Part shown: piece by piece, positions 1-14,009 of the stretch
Position numbering within the stretch: position 1 is the first letter of the stretch
How the letters are laid out: each line of letters starts with the position of its first letter
Notes under the pieces: model-generated
What the model was told of the DNA's origin: nothing
The model's database searches: none
Seen by the model: only the letters and a program-made list of their open reading frames with translations
Assembly: GCF_036321535.1 (NCBI RefSeq)
Contig: NC_087436.1
Coordinates: 73,968,001-74,032,000, forward strand
Length of the DNA: 64,000 bases
Reading direction: 5' to 3'
DNA from: Camelus dromedarius
Lineage: Eukaryota
Position numbers and translations under genes: made by a program

Positions 1-1239
1 AGATTGATGAGATAGAAAAATTTAAAGACAAATCATGAACCCCCTTTCCTCCAAGCTCTGGATCCAGCTCAGACTCCCTCCTTGGTAAAGCGCCCCCCTC
101 CCCAACAGCACACATTCACCTCTCCTTGCGCCAGTCATAGAACAGCCTAATCGGTCATTTCAGGTAGTTTTTTAGGCTTTGCGGTCTTTTATCTTATCTC
201 CTAAACAGGAATCCTAGCTATCTGAGGAGAAGCGAGGGAGAGTCAGGCCCAGAGAGAGAGGACATTTAATGATAGAAGTTACATGGTAGTTTCTCTGCTG
301 TAAAGTATACATACAGCACCTAGAAACAGCTCAGTGACACAAACATAACCCACCTACAACAGATATGTTAGCTACCACAAGTCTAACATGTCAATGATAA
401 TCATTGTCTTCTAGAGGATTTTGAAGGCCAGTATATACCTTTAAAGTCATTTGATTTCATTAAACTAAGAACTTTTTCTTGTCCAGGAATTTCCAGAAAG
501 GGGCAAGGTAGTAACTTCCCCTCCCCCCCTTACCTGGATGGATCAGCCCTTCCTTTGGACCCCGTAACACATTACATAGGAATTTCTTAGGGAAAAAAGG
601 GTTCAGGACAGAAAACATCTTCTAAAAATTGAAGTTAACAGGAATCAACATAAAGCAGGTGAGATTAGCAACAGAAAATGAGAAGGAAAGTACAGCTATA
701 TTAGGTTAACTGCTGGCTTCTTCAAACAGAAGGTGCTGACCTACAAAAAAAAAGTGGAAGTTTTTTGTTTTTCCTTAAACTCTCCCCACAGTGACAATGC
801 AGGTTTTAGAGACACATTGGTTCAATCAACAAAAGAGTACTAGAAAACTATATTTTCCCTTGACTGTTTTTACAAGGTGCCGGGAGAGAAGAACTTGATG
901 CCAGGCAACCAGCGAGAGCAGAGGAAAGGCACAAACGGTTAAAGGCAAAGCCGCAGCCCAGGCCCTGTAACAGCAGCTTGATCGCTACACGCCCAAGGAG
1001 CCTTTAAAGCATACCTAGGGAAAGTGGTTGTCCCCGGACCGGTTCAGCCACATTCAGATATGGAGAGAACAATAGCTTGAGAATAGAATCAGAAACACAT
1101 AGATCTAGCACCTATTAGGTTGTGTATCTTATCAGTAATCCAAGCACCCTAAAGAGCTAAGTGAAGCCAGTTTCTTTTGTGGGTGGAAAGAAAAATCTAT
1201 GTTCCTTTATTCTAACAACTATTTAAAGTAGTGCTATAC

Positions 1240-1596
1240 CATATGAGATCGCTCATATGTGGAATCTGAAAAACAAAAACAAACAAACAAACAAAAACAA
1301 AGCGTAAATACAGGTAAATACAGGACAGAAATAGACTCATAGACAGAGAATACAGACTTGTGGTTGCCAGGGGGGTGGAGGGTGGGAAGGGATAGACTGG
1401 GATTTCAAAATTGTAGAATAGACTACACTGTATAGCACAGGGAAATATACACAAAATGTTATGATAACTCACAGAGAAAAAAATGTGACAATGAGTGTGT
1501 ATATGTCCATGAATGACTGAAAAATTGTGCTGAACACTGGAATTCGACACAACATTGTAAAGTGATTATAAATCAATAAAAAATGTTAAAAAATAA
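1240..1596 (+). mobile_element. Young 5'-truncated L1 (3' UTR only)
   Basis: L1 3' UTR motifs, AATAAA and A-rich tail; perfect 16-bp TSD TAAAGTAGTGCTATAC at 1224-1239 and 1597-1612. Confidence 0.9.
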
Positions 1597-1639
1597 TAAA
1601 GTAGTGCTATACTCATGGTTTTCTTGCAAAGTATAGATC

Positions 1640-2250
1640 TATGCATGCAAATCATCTGAACACTATGTCCGTGCCCAGCATAGTAGGTAGGAGATACCCA
1701 GCAACACAGATATGGTTTCTGTGTTCCAGGAGTTTACCCTCTATTTAGGGGGACAGTGATACACACATGCAAGATAGTCAACAATATAAAGTACATTGTA
1801 ATAAGTGGCCAATGAGTATACCAGGCAATGGTCTCTATAGTGTTCAGACAATGGATTCTATGAACTGAAATGGAAAGGTAGTGCTTGAAGTGAGCTAGGA
1901 AGAATGAATAAAAATTTGGCAAGCAGAGGAGGTCAAGGGGGTGCACACCTTATGGACAGCTAGGGTTGATTCAACTACCCTGCCTGGCTGGACAGAGTGA
2001 GCCCTTCCTCCCTGTCTGCTCCACATCCATCTCTCCTAGAGACCTCTGCTTAAACAGAAAGAGTGTATGTGGAGAATGAGACAATAAAAGATACAGAGGA
2101 GGGACAGTATGAGGTGTGTCTAGGTGTGGGCTTTATAGGGAGTAGGGAGATTCATTTGGAGAGGTAGGTTGGGGTCACAAGAGTCAAGATTTTATCCAAT
2201 ATACAAGGTGGGGCTTTGTGCTATGGAAGGTTTTTGAGATGCAGAAAACT
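1640..2250 (-). mobile_element. L2 remnant
   Basis: Degenerate antisense L2 motifs; boundaries approximate. Confidence 0.5.
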
Positions 2251-2254
2251 ATCA

Positions 2255-2420
2255 AGAGCCAGGCATTATGTTGCCAATTCATCTCATCTAATCCCATAAT
2301 AGTCTACAAGATGAAAATCATCTTCCCCATTTTACACTTCAGGAGACCAAAGCTCAAAGAGGTTGGGGGAATGCCTGAGGTTTGCTAGTGGTGAAGCCAG
2401 CGTCCCATCCCAGGACTCAC
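2255..2420 (-). mobile_element. MIR
   Basis: MIR core ccccattttacacttcaggagaccaaagctcaaagagg. Confidence 0.7.
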
Positions 2421-2464
2421 TGCAAACCTGTGCTCCAAGGGGCCCCAAGCTCCTGGATGACAGC

Positions 2465-3000
2465 AGTGGTTCAGGAATCTCCTCCTCCGTGTTCCAGGAA
2501 ATGGATGGTGGCAAAGAAACACCCTCCCCACGTGACTTAGATTCACAGACGGCTCTCTGTTTACCTAAGACAAGGTCAGACACGGACCCTCCAGATTCCC
2601 ATCTTTTGCCTCGTAACTGATTAGCTGAACAGCTTGTTCCCACTGATCAATGGGAACAAAATGCTTGCTCATGTACAGCACAGTGACTATGGTTAATGAC
2701 ACCATGTTGGACACTTGAAAGTGGCTAACAGTAGATCTCAGGTGTTCTCAGCGCACACATAAAAAGTAACTCTGTGAGGTGATGGATACGTTAATCAGCT
2801 TGACTGTAGTAATCATTTCACAATGCACATCAGGTACCCCACTGTCCTCCTTAAATACCTACAATTTTCATTTGTCAATCATACCTCAATAAAGCTGGGG
2901 GAAAATGCTTGTTAACTAAACTTTGGTTAAGTTTCTTTCCTTCGCAGCCCTGTTAACTCCTCTCTATAAAAGAAAAGCCCTTCTGGCTAACCCTTGACAC
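2465..3000 (+). mobile_element. ERV1-type solo LTR (MER90/MER92-like), interrupted by an L1
   Basis: LTR-like sequence continues across the L1 insertion; family named from memory. Confidence 0.45.
2668..2901 (+). mobile_element. L1MA-type 3' end
   Basis: L1MA 3' terminus ...atacctcaataaagctg; 10-bp TSD AAAATGCTTG at 2658-2667 and 2902-2911. Confidence 0.8.
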
Positions 3001-4732
3001 AGGCAAGAGGCATTTGAGAAGGTTACACTGGCACAAGTGGGAAGGAGAGCTTGGCAAGGATTATTGTAAGGGCTACGTGAGAGCGCTTATCTCAGGCCAT
3101 GCTCAAAATACCCCACACATGGTGCCTGTGATCTTGACTATTTCCGTCTTCAGCTGGAGGATGAGAGGATTCCAGGGCTTGGTCTGAAGCAAAAAAGGAA
3201 TCTTGTCACTTTCTTGAGTCTGCTCAACCATAGACAACCCAGCAAATGTTAAATGATAAAAGAGAAAGAGGGGAAAAAAAGTCTTTAGTCATAATCCTCT
3301 CCTCCAGGCCTACATAACATTTAGGTTGAAACAAGAAGGAATTAGCATAAAATCAGAAATAACCAAAATGTTGAACAGGACAAGAATGACTTAGTAAATT
3401 ATGATAATTCACAGGCTGGAGTAGAAAGCAACCAATAAAAACTACGTATAAATAAGAAACCTACCCATATTGTATGCTAAAAGGAAAAAGCAGACAGTGT
3501 AAAATAAGTCTGGGCGAGACCAGTGGATAAAATGCAAACGTGAAAACGTTAAGGCGGGTGACATAGAGATAATTTTATGATTGTGATCTTTTAGTTACCC
3601 TCAAAATCTCTAAGCCTCCACATTAAATCTTTAATAGCACTTATCTCTGTGGAACAGGATTATGAGGGGGTCTTCCATTCTCTCTGTGAAGTTTCTCTAC
3701 ATTGTTTGGATTTTTTATAAGAAAAATAAATTACTTCTGTAAGCAGAAAAAATAATTATTCACTTTTGATTTTTTTAAGTGAAAATCTAAGAAAGAGACT
3801 CAGATTCTCTAAAAGTGTTAATAGACCCGAAGGGAAAGCAAAAGAAATGGATACAGAGAATAACTTCATCTAAGCTTTTCCTGGGGCCCTGCGAAACAAC
3901 GGCGAGGCTGACACCGCCGTCAGCTGTGGTCAGCTCTCCCTCGCAGGCTCCAAGGGCCCCCACCTCCCACCCCAGGCTTTGCAGTGTTTCTTTTCTTCTT
4001 ACAGTCAGGATGGCTGATTGAACACCCAGTGTTCCTCCATACTTCTCCTGACAAGCATCACGGTGTGTGGGGAACTTAGTGTAGGAAAGGACTTGCAACC
4101 TCATTTACCTATTAAAGTAAAGAAAATCACCCTAGAATTATGAGCCCCAAAAGAGCCAGTCAGGGTGAGTGAACAGATGGTTAACTGCTTGAGTTTATCT
4201 GCCTGATTTGCATCCAGCTTTCAGACAAAAAAAAAAAAAAAAAAAAAAAGTCGGAAGAAGGGGAACCGTTTCCAGGAAGGAGGGCAAAATCCTTTCCAGA
4301 AGGAAGGGTAACACTGGCTGTTCTCACAACAGTCTGACTTGAACTAGTTCCTCCAAGCTTCAAGTTGATGACGAAGTTTTAGACTCGAAATCAACATCTG
4401 GCCTACTGGAGTCCTTTGCTAAACAAAGCAAACGAAAAAAACCTAACAACAAAATCGATCCCTGACAGCTTGCCAGAGCCACGCTGACTGCAGATGCTGT
4501 TACAACCTGGGCTTCCCCTCACTGCCTGCCTCCACCCCAGTCACCGGCCTCTCCCTGGTCACTATCAGCTGAGTCAACCCCCAGACGTGTCTCACAGCAC
4601 CTTTGATCCCATTCAGATCTTGCTCTCAAGAGCAATGGCTTTTCTTGCACCTTTAATATGTCTCTTTCTCCACCCCAAATGGCTAGATGTTTGTCAAGGA
4701 ACTCACTGTAAATTCCAGAGTAGATGGCATGG

Positions 4733-4780
4733 TGCGTGTGCGTGGGTGCGTGCATGCGTACGGGCGTGCGTGCGTACACA
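4733..4780. repeat. Imperfect (GCGT)n purine-pyrimidine repeat
   Basis: tgcgtgtgcgtgggtgcgtgcatgcgtacgggcgtgcgtgcgtacaca read directly. Confidence 0.8.
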
Positions 4781-5399
4781 CTAAGTAGGGAAGGGAATGT
4801 GAGAACAGAGGGGAGTTTATAAATACAGCTGCCAACACTTCTAAAATAGTTGCTTCTTTATTTTTATCTCCTTCCCCTGACATTCAACTCAGAGAAGGAC
4901 AATTACCATTACTCCCATGGCCAGCGGCTATTTACTGAAAGTCTCCAGGGGTCAGGTCCTGTGCTAGGGCCTTATGTCCACTAACTCTAAGCCTTGCGCT
5001 GATGCTGCAGGGTATGAATTCTCACTTTTGCAAATAAGGAAATGATGGCACCGGCTTTCCCAAACCCACAGAGCCAGTAGGTCACGTCAAATCCCCCCAC
5101 GTTCAGGTCTGTGGGTTTGCAAAGCCCATGCTCAGCCATGGTAGCTGCTGCCAGTCCACCGCAGCCCCAAAGCAGAGCCTCCGGATTTAGTGAGTGAAAA
5201 CACAAGATGCCCAAGGATGTCCCAACTGTTGCATGGGCTATGTCAGAAATGCTTTCATTCTTAGGATTAAATGCTGAAGGATTCAGGGGCAAAGTGTTGT
5301 AATGTCTGCACCTTATCATCAGACAATTCAAGAAAAAGTGCACTAGAGAGCAATGAATATAGTAGGACATTAAGAACTGATAAACTGAAGTGAATCAAA

Positions 5400-5482
5400 A
5401 TATTGCACAGATTCACTAAATATTACTCATTGTTTATCTGAAATTCAACTTTAACTAGGCGTCCTGCATTTTATTTGGCAAC
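5400..5482. mobile_element. MER53-like hAT fragment
   Basis: ttgtttatctgaaattcaactttaactaggcgtcctgcattttatttggcaac resembles a MER53 arm. Confidence 0.6.
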
Positions 5483-8400
5483 ATTACTCCAGAAAGATCA
5501 TGAAAACTATGGAGAAGTCATCACCTGGGATGTGACCTTCCTGGGGAGTCAGCCCTTACCTCTGGAAGAAAGAAAGGGAACTAGGGCAGCTATGTGAGGT
5601 CACGGTGAACTCCTGGGCCGGAACGGACCCTTGGGGACCTAAGAAAGGGAGAACTGAGCTCTCGAGTGTCCAGGTGGCTCCTCTACCTCATTATGCCTGC
5701 CATTATGCCTCTGTTTTAACCTTGAACTCCAGTTTCTGCCCCGGATCCTCAGGGCATTCCCTGGAGCTTGCTCTGCAAAGGAAGGACTCAGAAACTAACA
5801 AGTAATAACCCTAACCTCAGGCCAGGAGGATGTTTGGTACAGAAGTCATCCATTCCACATGATATAATATGCCTGTGTCCCTGGTCACAAGGTGCCCATT
5901 GCTTAGTCTAAACATAAAGCCGTGGCTTGGGAACAACTGATCCTCCTCACTGAGGTGTCTGCTGTGGTGGTGAGGGTCACCAGACAGCCCTGCAACCAGC
6001 AAGTTTTCCACTTACACTAAATTAAAAATCACGTAAGGTCCTAAGTCGGTTTTACAATGAGACTTTGGATATTGTTTATTAATGTTAGCCAAGCAGAATA
6101 TTATGAGTTTTTCCAGGCATAATAATGGGGCAGTACCATCAAAAGAAATCTTGGAAAGATGATCAAGTTATGTGGTTAATCTGCACTGTCAACAGTCAAA
6201 TCATCTTTGGACCGAAAAACTTACTTTTCAGTTAATTAGCCAATATGTATATAGTGGGAGCTTTCTCTATGCCTGACAAGCATAGACCCTGTTCCCAAGA
6301 AGACATGTAACCAAGGACACACAATCAGCATGCATGTGACCGTGGACACTTACATGCACGGCCCAAAGAAGGCTTTGCCTGCAGTTACTAGGATCATTCC
6401 AGCTGCATGGACCCATCCTGTAGTCCCCATCTAGAAACCTCCCAGGCTGCTCAACATCAGTGTGACCAAAAAAGGGACTCATGAGTTTCTCCCCTAACCA
6501 GTCACTCAGTCTTAATGCTTTTACCTCCTCTTCGCTGCTTCTGTTCCTGTGCCCATTTCATCACCAGCATGGACTGTGGCAATACTGTTCAGTGTTAGGC
6601 AAGCTCCTAACAGGTAACTAGGTGATAGATAGTTTCCTAACTGGCCTCCTTCTCTCCAGCCATGCTCCTTTCAAAGTCATGATCCACCTCAGCTTCTAGA
6701 GAGTTCTATTAACAGTGCCTATCAGGGCAGACACTCCTCACTGCTTGCAGGATAAAGTGTGAGGCCCTTGACATGTGTGGTAAGCCCTGCAGTGATCTGA
6801 TGCAGCTGTCACCTGCCATCATGTGTCATTCCCCGGCAGGCCCTTTATGCACCAGCAACACCAACAGCCCACCTTTCCGCAGGTATGGGCTGGATTATCT
6901 GCGTCTGCTGGGGGCTGACACGACTTGGTATAGCTGCAAGACACAACCCCTCCAAGCCAGCCTGGCAGAGATCTTCCAGGAAGGCAGCACGAGGAGGGCT
7001 GCTGAACCAGCTGTCCTGGCCTAAGCCACGTCCAAATGATAAAAATAAGCACTCAGGGAGTTGCGTAAGGCTTTGATGGGAGTAAGTCATACTTTTAAGG
7101 AAACTTCCAGGCCTCAAGAGCACTGCTGGTTGTTTTTTTAGTTCAACAAAGTGCTACTTAATAATTAAACACAAATTCAGCATCCATGTTGTCATCTACA
7201 CAGTTTAAATTTACCCAGAGATAATGCAGACCAACTTTGAGAACCTGATCTAAAAGCATGTAGATAATTCTCGGTGGGCTCCAGATTAATAAAATTCACC
7301 AAATATCAAAACGCCAGTTTGGCTGTATCATTTAAAAAAATGTCTCCCTGTAATTAACCAAACCCAACGCTGACTCTTGTAGTAACGTAAGTAATTTGCA
7401 CTACTTACCTTTTAAAATTCTCTGTGGAGGTAAAAGAAATAAGCTGCCATTAACATCCTACCCTTATTCTCTGACCTTATTTTAACTCTGGAACAAATGC
7501 ACTGGCCTTTAAAAAAAAAAAAAAGTCACAGTTGTTGAACTCATTTTGCTCTAATGGCAACTGTAATAATTTCAGCTAATGAGATCTGACAGTTGAGGCT
7601 CAAATGTTAGCTGATGTGTAAGCTGCTACTCTATCTATAAATTACATAGAGGACAAGAGGGTGGAACAGCTATCCCAAAAAAAGCTCCTGCCATGGAACA
7701 CCCGCAAGAGTTATTTTTTAAATGTTTCCAGGTAACTGCAAATGTGAAACCATGGTTGAGAATTGCCAGCCTAAAGGGAGAAAAAGCAGCAGCCAGATGG
7801 AAGCTTTATCAAAACGATCCGGTGAAAATTGGGGACATATATGTGGAGGTTGGAGGGGGCTGGGGAAGTGGTCAAGGAGTGGATGAGAAAAAGGATTTTT
7901 AGGATGTGGATAAATAAGAAGCGTGGCCATGACAACAATGCCTGGTCCTGTGTGTACCTTGTGGAGCCAGGATTCATATTTTAACAACCTGTTTGGTTGT
8001 GATTATATCTCACAGATGAAATAAGTGATGTTTTCATCACCTATTTATATCTACGTCTCCTCTGCCTTCCATTACTGTGCATTATCAGATGTATATTATT
8101 AAAAGCCACATCCTTTTAAAATGGCACTTGCAAGAGTAATGATTACATTCCTATAATGATAGCATCCTGCCTTATTTAGTGTAAAACTCGGATGCCGAAG
8201 GGGCCAGGTGGCGAAGGTCAGTGACGAAGCAGGTGCAGTTTTGTACATGTTTGCAGGCCAAACCCTAGTAATAACGGTCACTTCTACACAGAAATGTGCC
8301 GTCTCCCATTATTTTAAACACATGACCCCTTCATCAGGCTATCTTTCATTTTCCTTCTCTTGGTAAAGAGCATCAGAAACAGTATTTCTCTACTCTGTTA

Positions 8401-9222
8401 AGACAGCAGAGCAGGCACCATGATGAAGGGCACCTTCACTGGGCCTTGGAGTCAGGAGACAAGAGGAGTGTGGCGGTGGTGGGAGCAGGGGGGAGGTCCC
8501 GTCTGCAGAGTGGCCTCTACTCTGCCCAGGCTGCTGCCACACAGGACTGTGGTGGGACCAGCACTGCAAAGCAGCCACGTGTTTCAAGGGAAGCCAGAAA
8601 GTGGATTATCAGGTGAAGTGTCCAGACTGGAAAGGCATCAAACATGACCACTGACCTACACAGCGGAACAAAAATGTGAAGCTGAGTAACGACACACAAA
8701 CAAAATCGTCCCAGAGATGAATGTTTCACCCTTCCATTCATCCAAGTGATGCTAACGACCATCTATTCTGTATGACAGCCATTCAGCAGAATGGGAAGGT
8801 GCTATAACGCTACCTATGGCAGAACCCCTACCTTCAAAGAGAGCTTTCAGGCTAGCTTTAAATACTAAATTACATCATGTGGATTGAAAACCCCTGGCAG
8901 GGCTGAGGCTAGAGGGGAATTATTGAGTCATTCAGTTACAGAGATGCTAACGTTCTAGTCTAGCTTGGTCAAAACGCAGGAAAAGACAGGAGGTTCACTG
9001 AAACTGCATCACTGATGGCCCAAACTACTGTCTTTCATGCTGGACTCGTGGGGAAACTAAAAAGACATATATAAAATGTATAGCAAACTAAACAAAATCC
9101 TGATGGTTTGAAAACATTAATAATATAGTTTCCAAACTGGCCTTACAGAAACAAAACAGGGATATTGTGCAATTTTAAAATTTATTCTAAAAATCGATGT
9201 AATTAATGAAATATACACCAGA

Positions 9223-9577
9223 TCAGTAGGTCTCAAAAGTGTGATCTGAGGACCTTTGGGGGTCCCCAGGAAAGACCCTTTTAGGGAGTCCTCAAGGTAA
9301 AAACTATTTCCATAATGATGCATCATCTGCCTTTATCACTCTCATTCTCTCATGAGCGTGTGGTGGAGTTTTCCAGAGGCTACACAGCTTGTAATGGCGT
9401 CACCGCTCTGACAGCTAATGGAATATGTGCTTGTGTATGCTTGTGTTTTAAAAATGTATCGGTTTTAATTTCTAATACTATAAATATCAACAGATAAACC
9501 TACAGAAACATAAGTTCTTTGGGGTTTTCAATAATTGTTAAGAGAATAAAGGGGCCTGAGCCCCAAAAGTTTTGAAT
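9223..9577. mobile_element. hAT-Charlie non-autonomous DNA transposon
   Basis: Charlie-type terminus cagtaggtctcaaaagtgtg, internal ggagttttccagaggctac, terminal aaaagttttgaa. Confidence 0.7.
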
Positions 9578-10439
9578 TAGATTATAAATTCCATAAGGGT
9601 AGGGACTGTCTGGTTTACTGCTGTATCCATAGCTCTTAGCACTCTGCCTCACAAATGGTCCCTGCTCAGTAAATATCTGCTAAATAAATGGATGACTGAC
9701 AAAGTATATACCTAAACATGCTCTTAGACACAGAGAGCAGACACTGAAAGCAGATTTATCCTCCTTGGTTGCTTTTGACTAGTTACCAGCTTTGATAAAA
9801 ACGGTCCCTTCATTTAGAGCATCATGTGTATATAGGATATATCTTGAGGATGTAGGCCATAAATGCCTAGTCACTTGGCCAACATCCTATGTTTTCATTA
9901 ATGATCTTATAATCCCACCTGCTGATTCCTCCCTGGGAAACAAGCAAGTGTCTGGCAGAACAGATGGCCGCTTTGCTTTGGCCTGACAATGCAATCTTGC
10001 ACATTATTAAGCAAGGAAGCAAAAACAATTCTAACAAGCAAGAAAATTCCCCTCTCTCCAAAAAAAAAAAATCTTTCCTTTAAACTTGCAGAATAATAGT
10101 AACTACTAGTAGTAATAGCCCCAATCAGAATGACCATCTCTTTTATATGTCAATTATACCAGCTGAAATAAAAAATAAAGTGTAAGAATAGAACTCCATT
10201 TCTGTAAAGTATATGCCACTATATATGCATAAGTAAAACATACAGAATAATGAACAATATGTATAACAGTAGTTATCTCTGTTTTATTAATTTTTGTTCG
10301 ATCTGCCTTTTTATAATGGCATGTGCTTTTTATCAGATAAATAAACAAAAAAAGAATAAAATACAAAGGCTTCAAAAAAAAAAAAAAAACTGCCATCTTA
10401 AGGAGTGAAAACATAGGCTAACATAATCACCATCCAGAC

Positions 10440-10592
10440 CAGTCATGAACTTCATGGTTAGCTCCCTAACCTGGGTGCCATTCCTAAGGAGTCTGATTCT
10501 GCAGGGCTGGTGGGATCTGTGTTTTTTAAATCTCCATAAGTGATTCTGCTATGGTTCCTAGAGTCTAGGGACTACACTGAGAACTACTGTTC
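10440..10592. mobile_element. MER5-like hAT MITE
   Basis: gagtctgattctgcagggctgg...gtgattctg...acactgagaactactg. Confidence 0.6.
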
Positions 10593-10673
10593 TACTCCAT
10601 TGTCTTAACCATTAATAATGAGTGCACTCACAGGCCCCATGAATTAGTGAGATGTTGGAAGAAACACAATACA

Positions 10674-11100
10674 ATTTTTTAAACTGAAGTATAGTTGATT
10701 TACAATGTTGTGTTAGTTTCAGGTACACAAAGATATTCAATTATATACATATATACATTCTTTTTCAGGTTCGTTTCCATTATAGGTTAATACAAGGTAC
10801 TGAATATAGTTCCCTATGCTATATTGTAGGTTCTTGTTGTTTATCTATTTTATACATAATAGTGCATATATGTTAATCCCAACCCCCTAATTTATCCCTC
10901 CTCTCACCCCTTTTTCCTTTGGTAACCATAGTGTGTTTTCCATGTCTGTGAGCCTACTTCTGGTTTGCAAATAAGTTCATTTGTATCATTTTTTAAGATT
11001 CCACAAATGAGTGATATCATATGGTATTTGTCCTTCTCTGTCTGACTTACTTCACCTAATATGATCATCTCTAGGACCATCCATGTTGCTGCAAATGGTA
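10674..11100 (-). mobile_element. L1 3' UTR fragment
   Basis: Antisense L1 3' end (tgaagtatagttgatttacaatgttgtg...ccatgttgctgcaaatgg). Confidence 0.88.
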
Positions 11101-11109
11101 CATAATGTG

Positions 11110-11580
11110 ATTTTGATATCACCAGATCACATTTCTAAAAGCCAGGGAGGAGCTGGAAATATGGCTTAGGAGCTGAAGAATCTTCCTACAAGGATACAGC
11201 CTCTGTTTATCCATCTGTGATTTCTGCTTGTACTGAGCCAATCTCATTACTCTGCCACGAATCTGGAAAGGAGAAACTGAGGGATGAAGCCTATTCATAG
11301 GAGGCTCAGCAGCTGAGGGCTGACTGGCGGCTGGGGCTGGGGAAGCCCCAGATGAGTAAACAGCTGGGGCCCGTGGAAACACTGGCTGGAGGGGAAAGCA
11401 GAGGAAGGAGTGGGAGACACAGAGTGTGCCTGGCTCCTGCTGACTTTCCAGTTTCTACTGTTCTTGTGGGAGGCCACACTGTGCTGTGCTCCTCACCCTT
11501 TGATTTCTACAAGCTTCCTCTTCTAGCTTCACAAAAAGGTAAAAAAACTTCCCTTTCTTGAGCTAACTTGAGTATTCTCC
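11110..11580 (+). mobile_element. ERVL solo LTR (LTR33-like)
   Basis: 3' terminus ttccctttcttgagctaacttgagt resembles the LTR33/LTR16 group. Confidence 0.45.
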
Positions 11581-12639
11581 TCATTTCCTCAGAGAGCACT
11601 GCTCCTCTTTAGTGCCAAGAAGTAGAAGACAATGTGGTGTGTGAGGGTAGAGTTTATTGTCACCAGGAATCTTCTGAAAGGAAAGAAGGTGCTAGCAATT
11701 ATTCCAGGAAAACAGGTGTAAATAAACTAGGACACTTCAGGCAATGGGACATTTGGTCATCCTCAGGACAGGAAAAGTGAATTAGAAGCTTGCCCACCTA
11801 ACCTCTCCACTTGGTCTTTGATAAGTCACTTATCTACGTTTCCAGTGTCACGTAGCTATAATGATAATTCTATACCTACCACATTCATTTTAAAAGTGAC
11901 AAAGTCTGTTTCCTTGACTATAAAATAACAAATTAAGTTATGCTTATGGTTTTTTCTTAATCTAAGATTACATCTTCATAATTCTGAAAAAAGGCAACTC
12001 AGAAGATGAGGCAGATAGACAAGAAGGAGTCCTTTAAGATTATATGTAGTTGCTTGTCTTCACATAAACAACAATGAAGCTATTTTACTCATTTGACTTT
12101 AAGAAAGAAGACCACACATATTCACCAATCAATGTTATTTTGTTAAATATATTTCTGGTAGCATTAGAGCAGCTCCAAAATTGCTCTGGCTCCCCAAAGA
12201 GGCCGGTTGGTACTTGCCCAGAGCCTCAGGTTCAGGCAAAGGGTAAGTGAATCTGACTGTTCATCTCATCCCTGAGACCTAACGCTAGGGTCCTTCCTTG
12301 GTCTGTGAATAGGAAGCAAAGTGTGAACAGCCCCTTGCCCTCTCACTGTTTCCCTTGCCAGCCCATCTCTTATTAGCCAGCTCTGACTTTGGCCAGTTCT
12401 GTGTCCCCATTTCTGAGAAATGTTCAAACTGTCTGCAAGTCTAAAGGGAAACGTAATACTCTGAGCTGCAGAGTTTTTCTCAAGCAAAGATCACAAGCCT
12501 GTGTCACAGAATCTCCAAAATTTGGAGTTACAAGGAACTTGATTTACTATACATGCTTCAGTTCCTAGATGAGAAAAGAGTATCTAGAAGCAATAACCAA
12601 TGTTGATTGTTGGCTCTACAAATATGTTGCCTATACAAA

Positions 12640-12890
12640 TAATAGTAACGAATTTAGGCACTTGGGAGGGATTGTGCTAGATGCTTTACGTCCATCATTT
12701 TACGTCATTCTTGCAGCAACCCTAAGGTAGGTGTTCTCATTACCCTCATTTTCAAAGTGAGGAACCTGAGGTTTTGAGGTTTTAATTTTGCAACTTGTCT
12801 TGTCTAACTTAATCCAAGAATCTGTCAGTGACAGAAAAAGAAATTTCAACCAAGTTCTGCTGACTCTCAGGACACTGTTCATTCAACTAA
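12640..12890 (-). mobile_element. MIR
   Basis: cagcaaccctaaggtagg...cattttcaaagtgaggaacctgagg. Confidence 0.75.
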
Positions 12891-13658
12891 AACGATCAAA
12901 GGTGAGGCAGTAGGCATTTAGCTACCTACCATGTACCAGGTACTACACTAGGTGCCAGGACAATTAGTGGGGTTACCAAAAGAAATGAAGTATAAAATCC
13001 CACCCTTTCAGGCTCTAGGGAGGAAAAGAGGTTGCTGGGTCTCTGCAAAGCTCTGTCTTCAGGGAGGTCAAAATGGTTCCACAGAAAAGGCATGGTTAAT
13101 GCTCAGCGTGTCCCCCAGGACTGGAGTGTGGGCAGACAAGAACAGAGACATCACTCTGCCTCTTCTGCAACTGAGAACAGTACAGAGAAATAATTACAGG
13201 GCTTTCTCAATGCAAGGCATAACCATAACAAGCCAAGAATGGAACCACATTGTCTCAGTTCCCCCTACTCTATCCAACAGTCAAAATTAAAATCTCCCTT
13301 GAATCACTGCTAGTCACTGCAGGGCTCAGGGACAATTATTACAAGACAGATTCTTCTAGTAGGAATTATGTCACTTAGCATCTCACTTGTAGCCCAACCT
13401 ACTCAGTTGAATTTCATCCCTCTTCTCTCTTCTCTTTTCAATGTAGACAAGCCAGGACATGGACAATCTTCAAGCAAAAAAATTAAGAACTGGGAGTATC
13501 AGGGTGGAGTATATTACAAGTGTGTTAAAGTTTTGAATGAAATTTTCCATAACAAGACTAATGCAAATAATGATGGCGGCGATAACTGCCCTCCTATACT
13601 GTGCCTGACTGTGCTCAGTGCTTTACAGAGACCACCTTACTCAGTCTCAGCACACACA

Positions 13659-13820
13659 CAGGCAGATCCTGGGTATGTGTGAAGCTTATACAATGTGCCA
13701 AGGCCCTTCCTAAGAAAAAGAAAATTTTGGATACAGGTAGGTAGAGGGCCTTGGAAGGGCCTGTCCAAGTGAGGGACCCAAAGCTTAAGCTTTGTAAGCT
13801 TTGCGATAAAGGCACCACTG
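13659..13820. mobile_element. hAT-Tip100-like MITE inside a MIR (MIR about 13580-13970)
   Basis: Ends caggcagatcc...ggcaccactg with the gaagcttatacaat motif; MIR sequence on both sides. Confidence 0.5.
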
Positions 13821-14009
13821 AGACAAAGATAGCTCACATCCTCGTTTCTCCGAGTAATGAAACTGAGGCTCAGAGCAGTTAAGTAACTTGGCCAAAGTCA
13901 AAAAGCTTGGAAATGTCAGGGCTAGGATTTGAACATAGGGTGTCTGACTTCAAATCTCGTGTATTTTTTCTTTGCTTATGTGGCCTCTAACAGAAATAAA
14001 ACTGTTATC

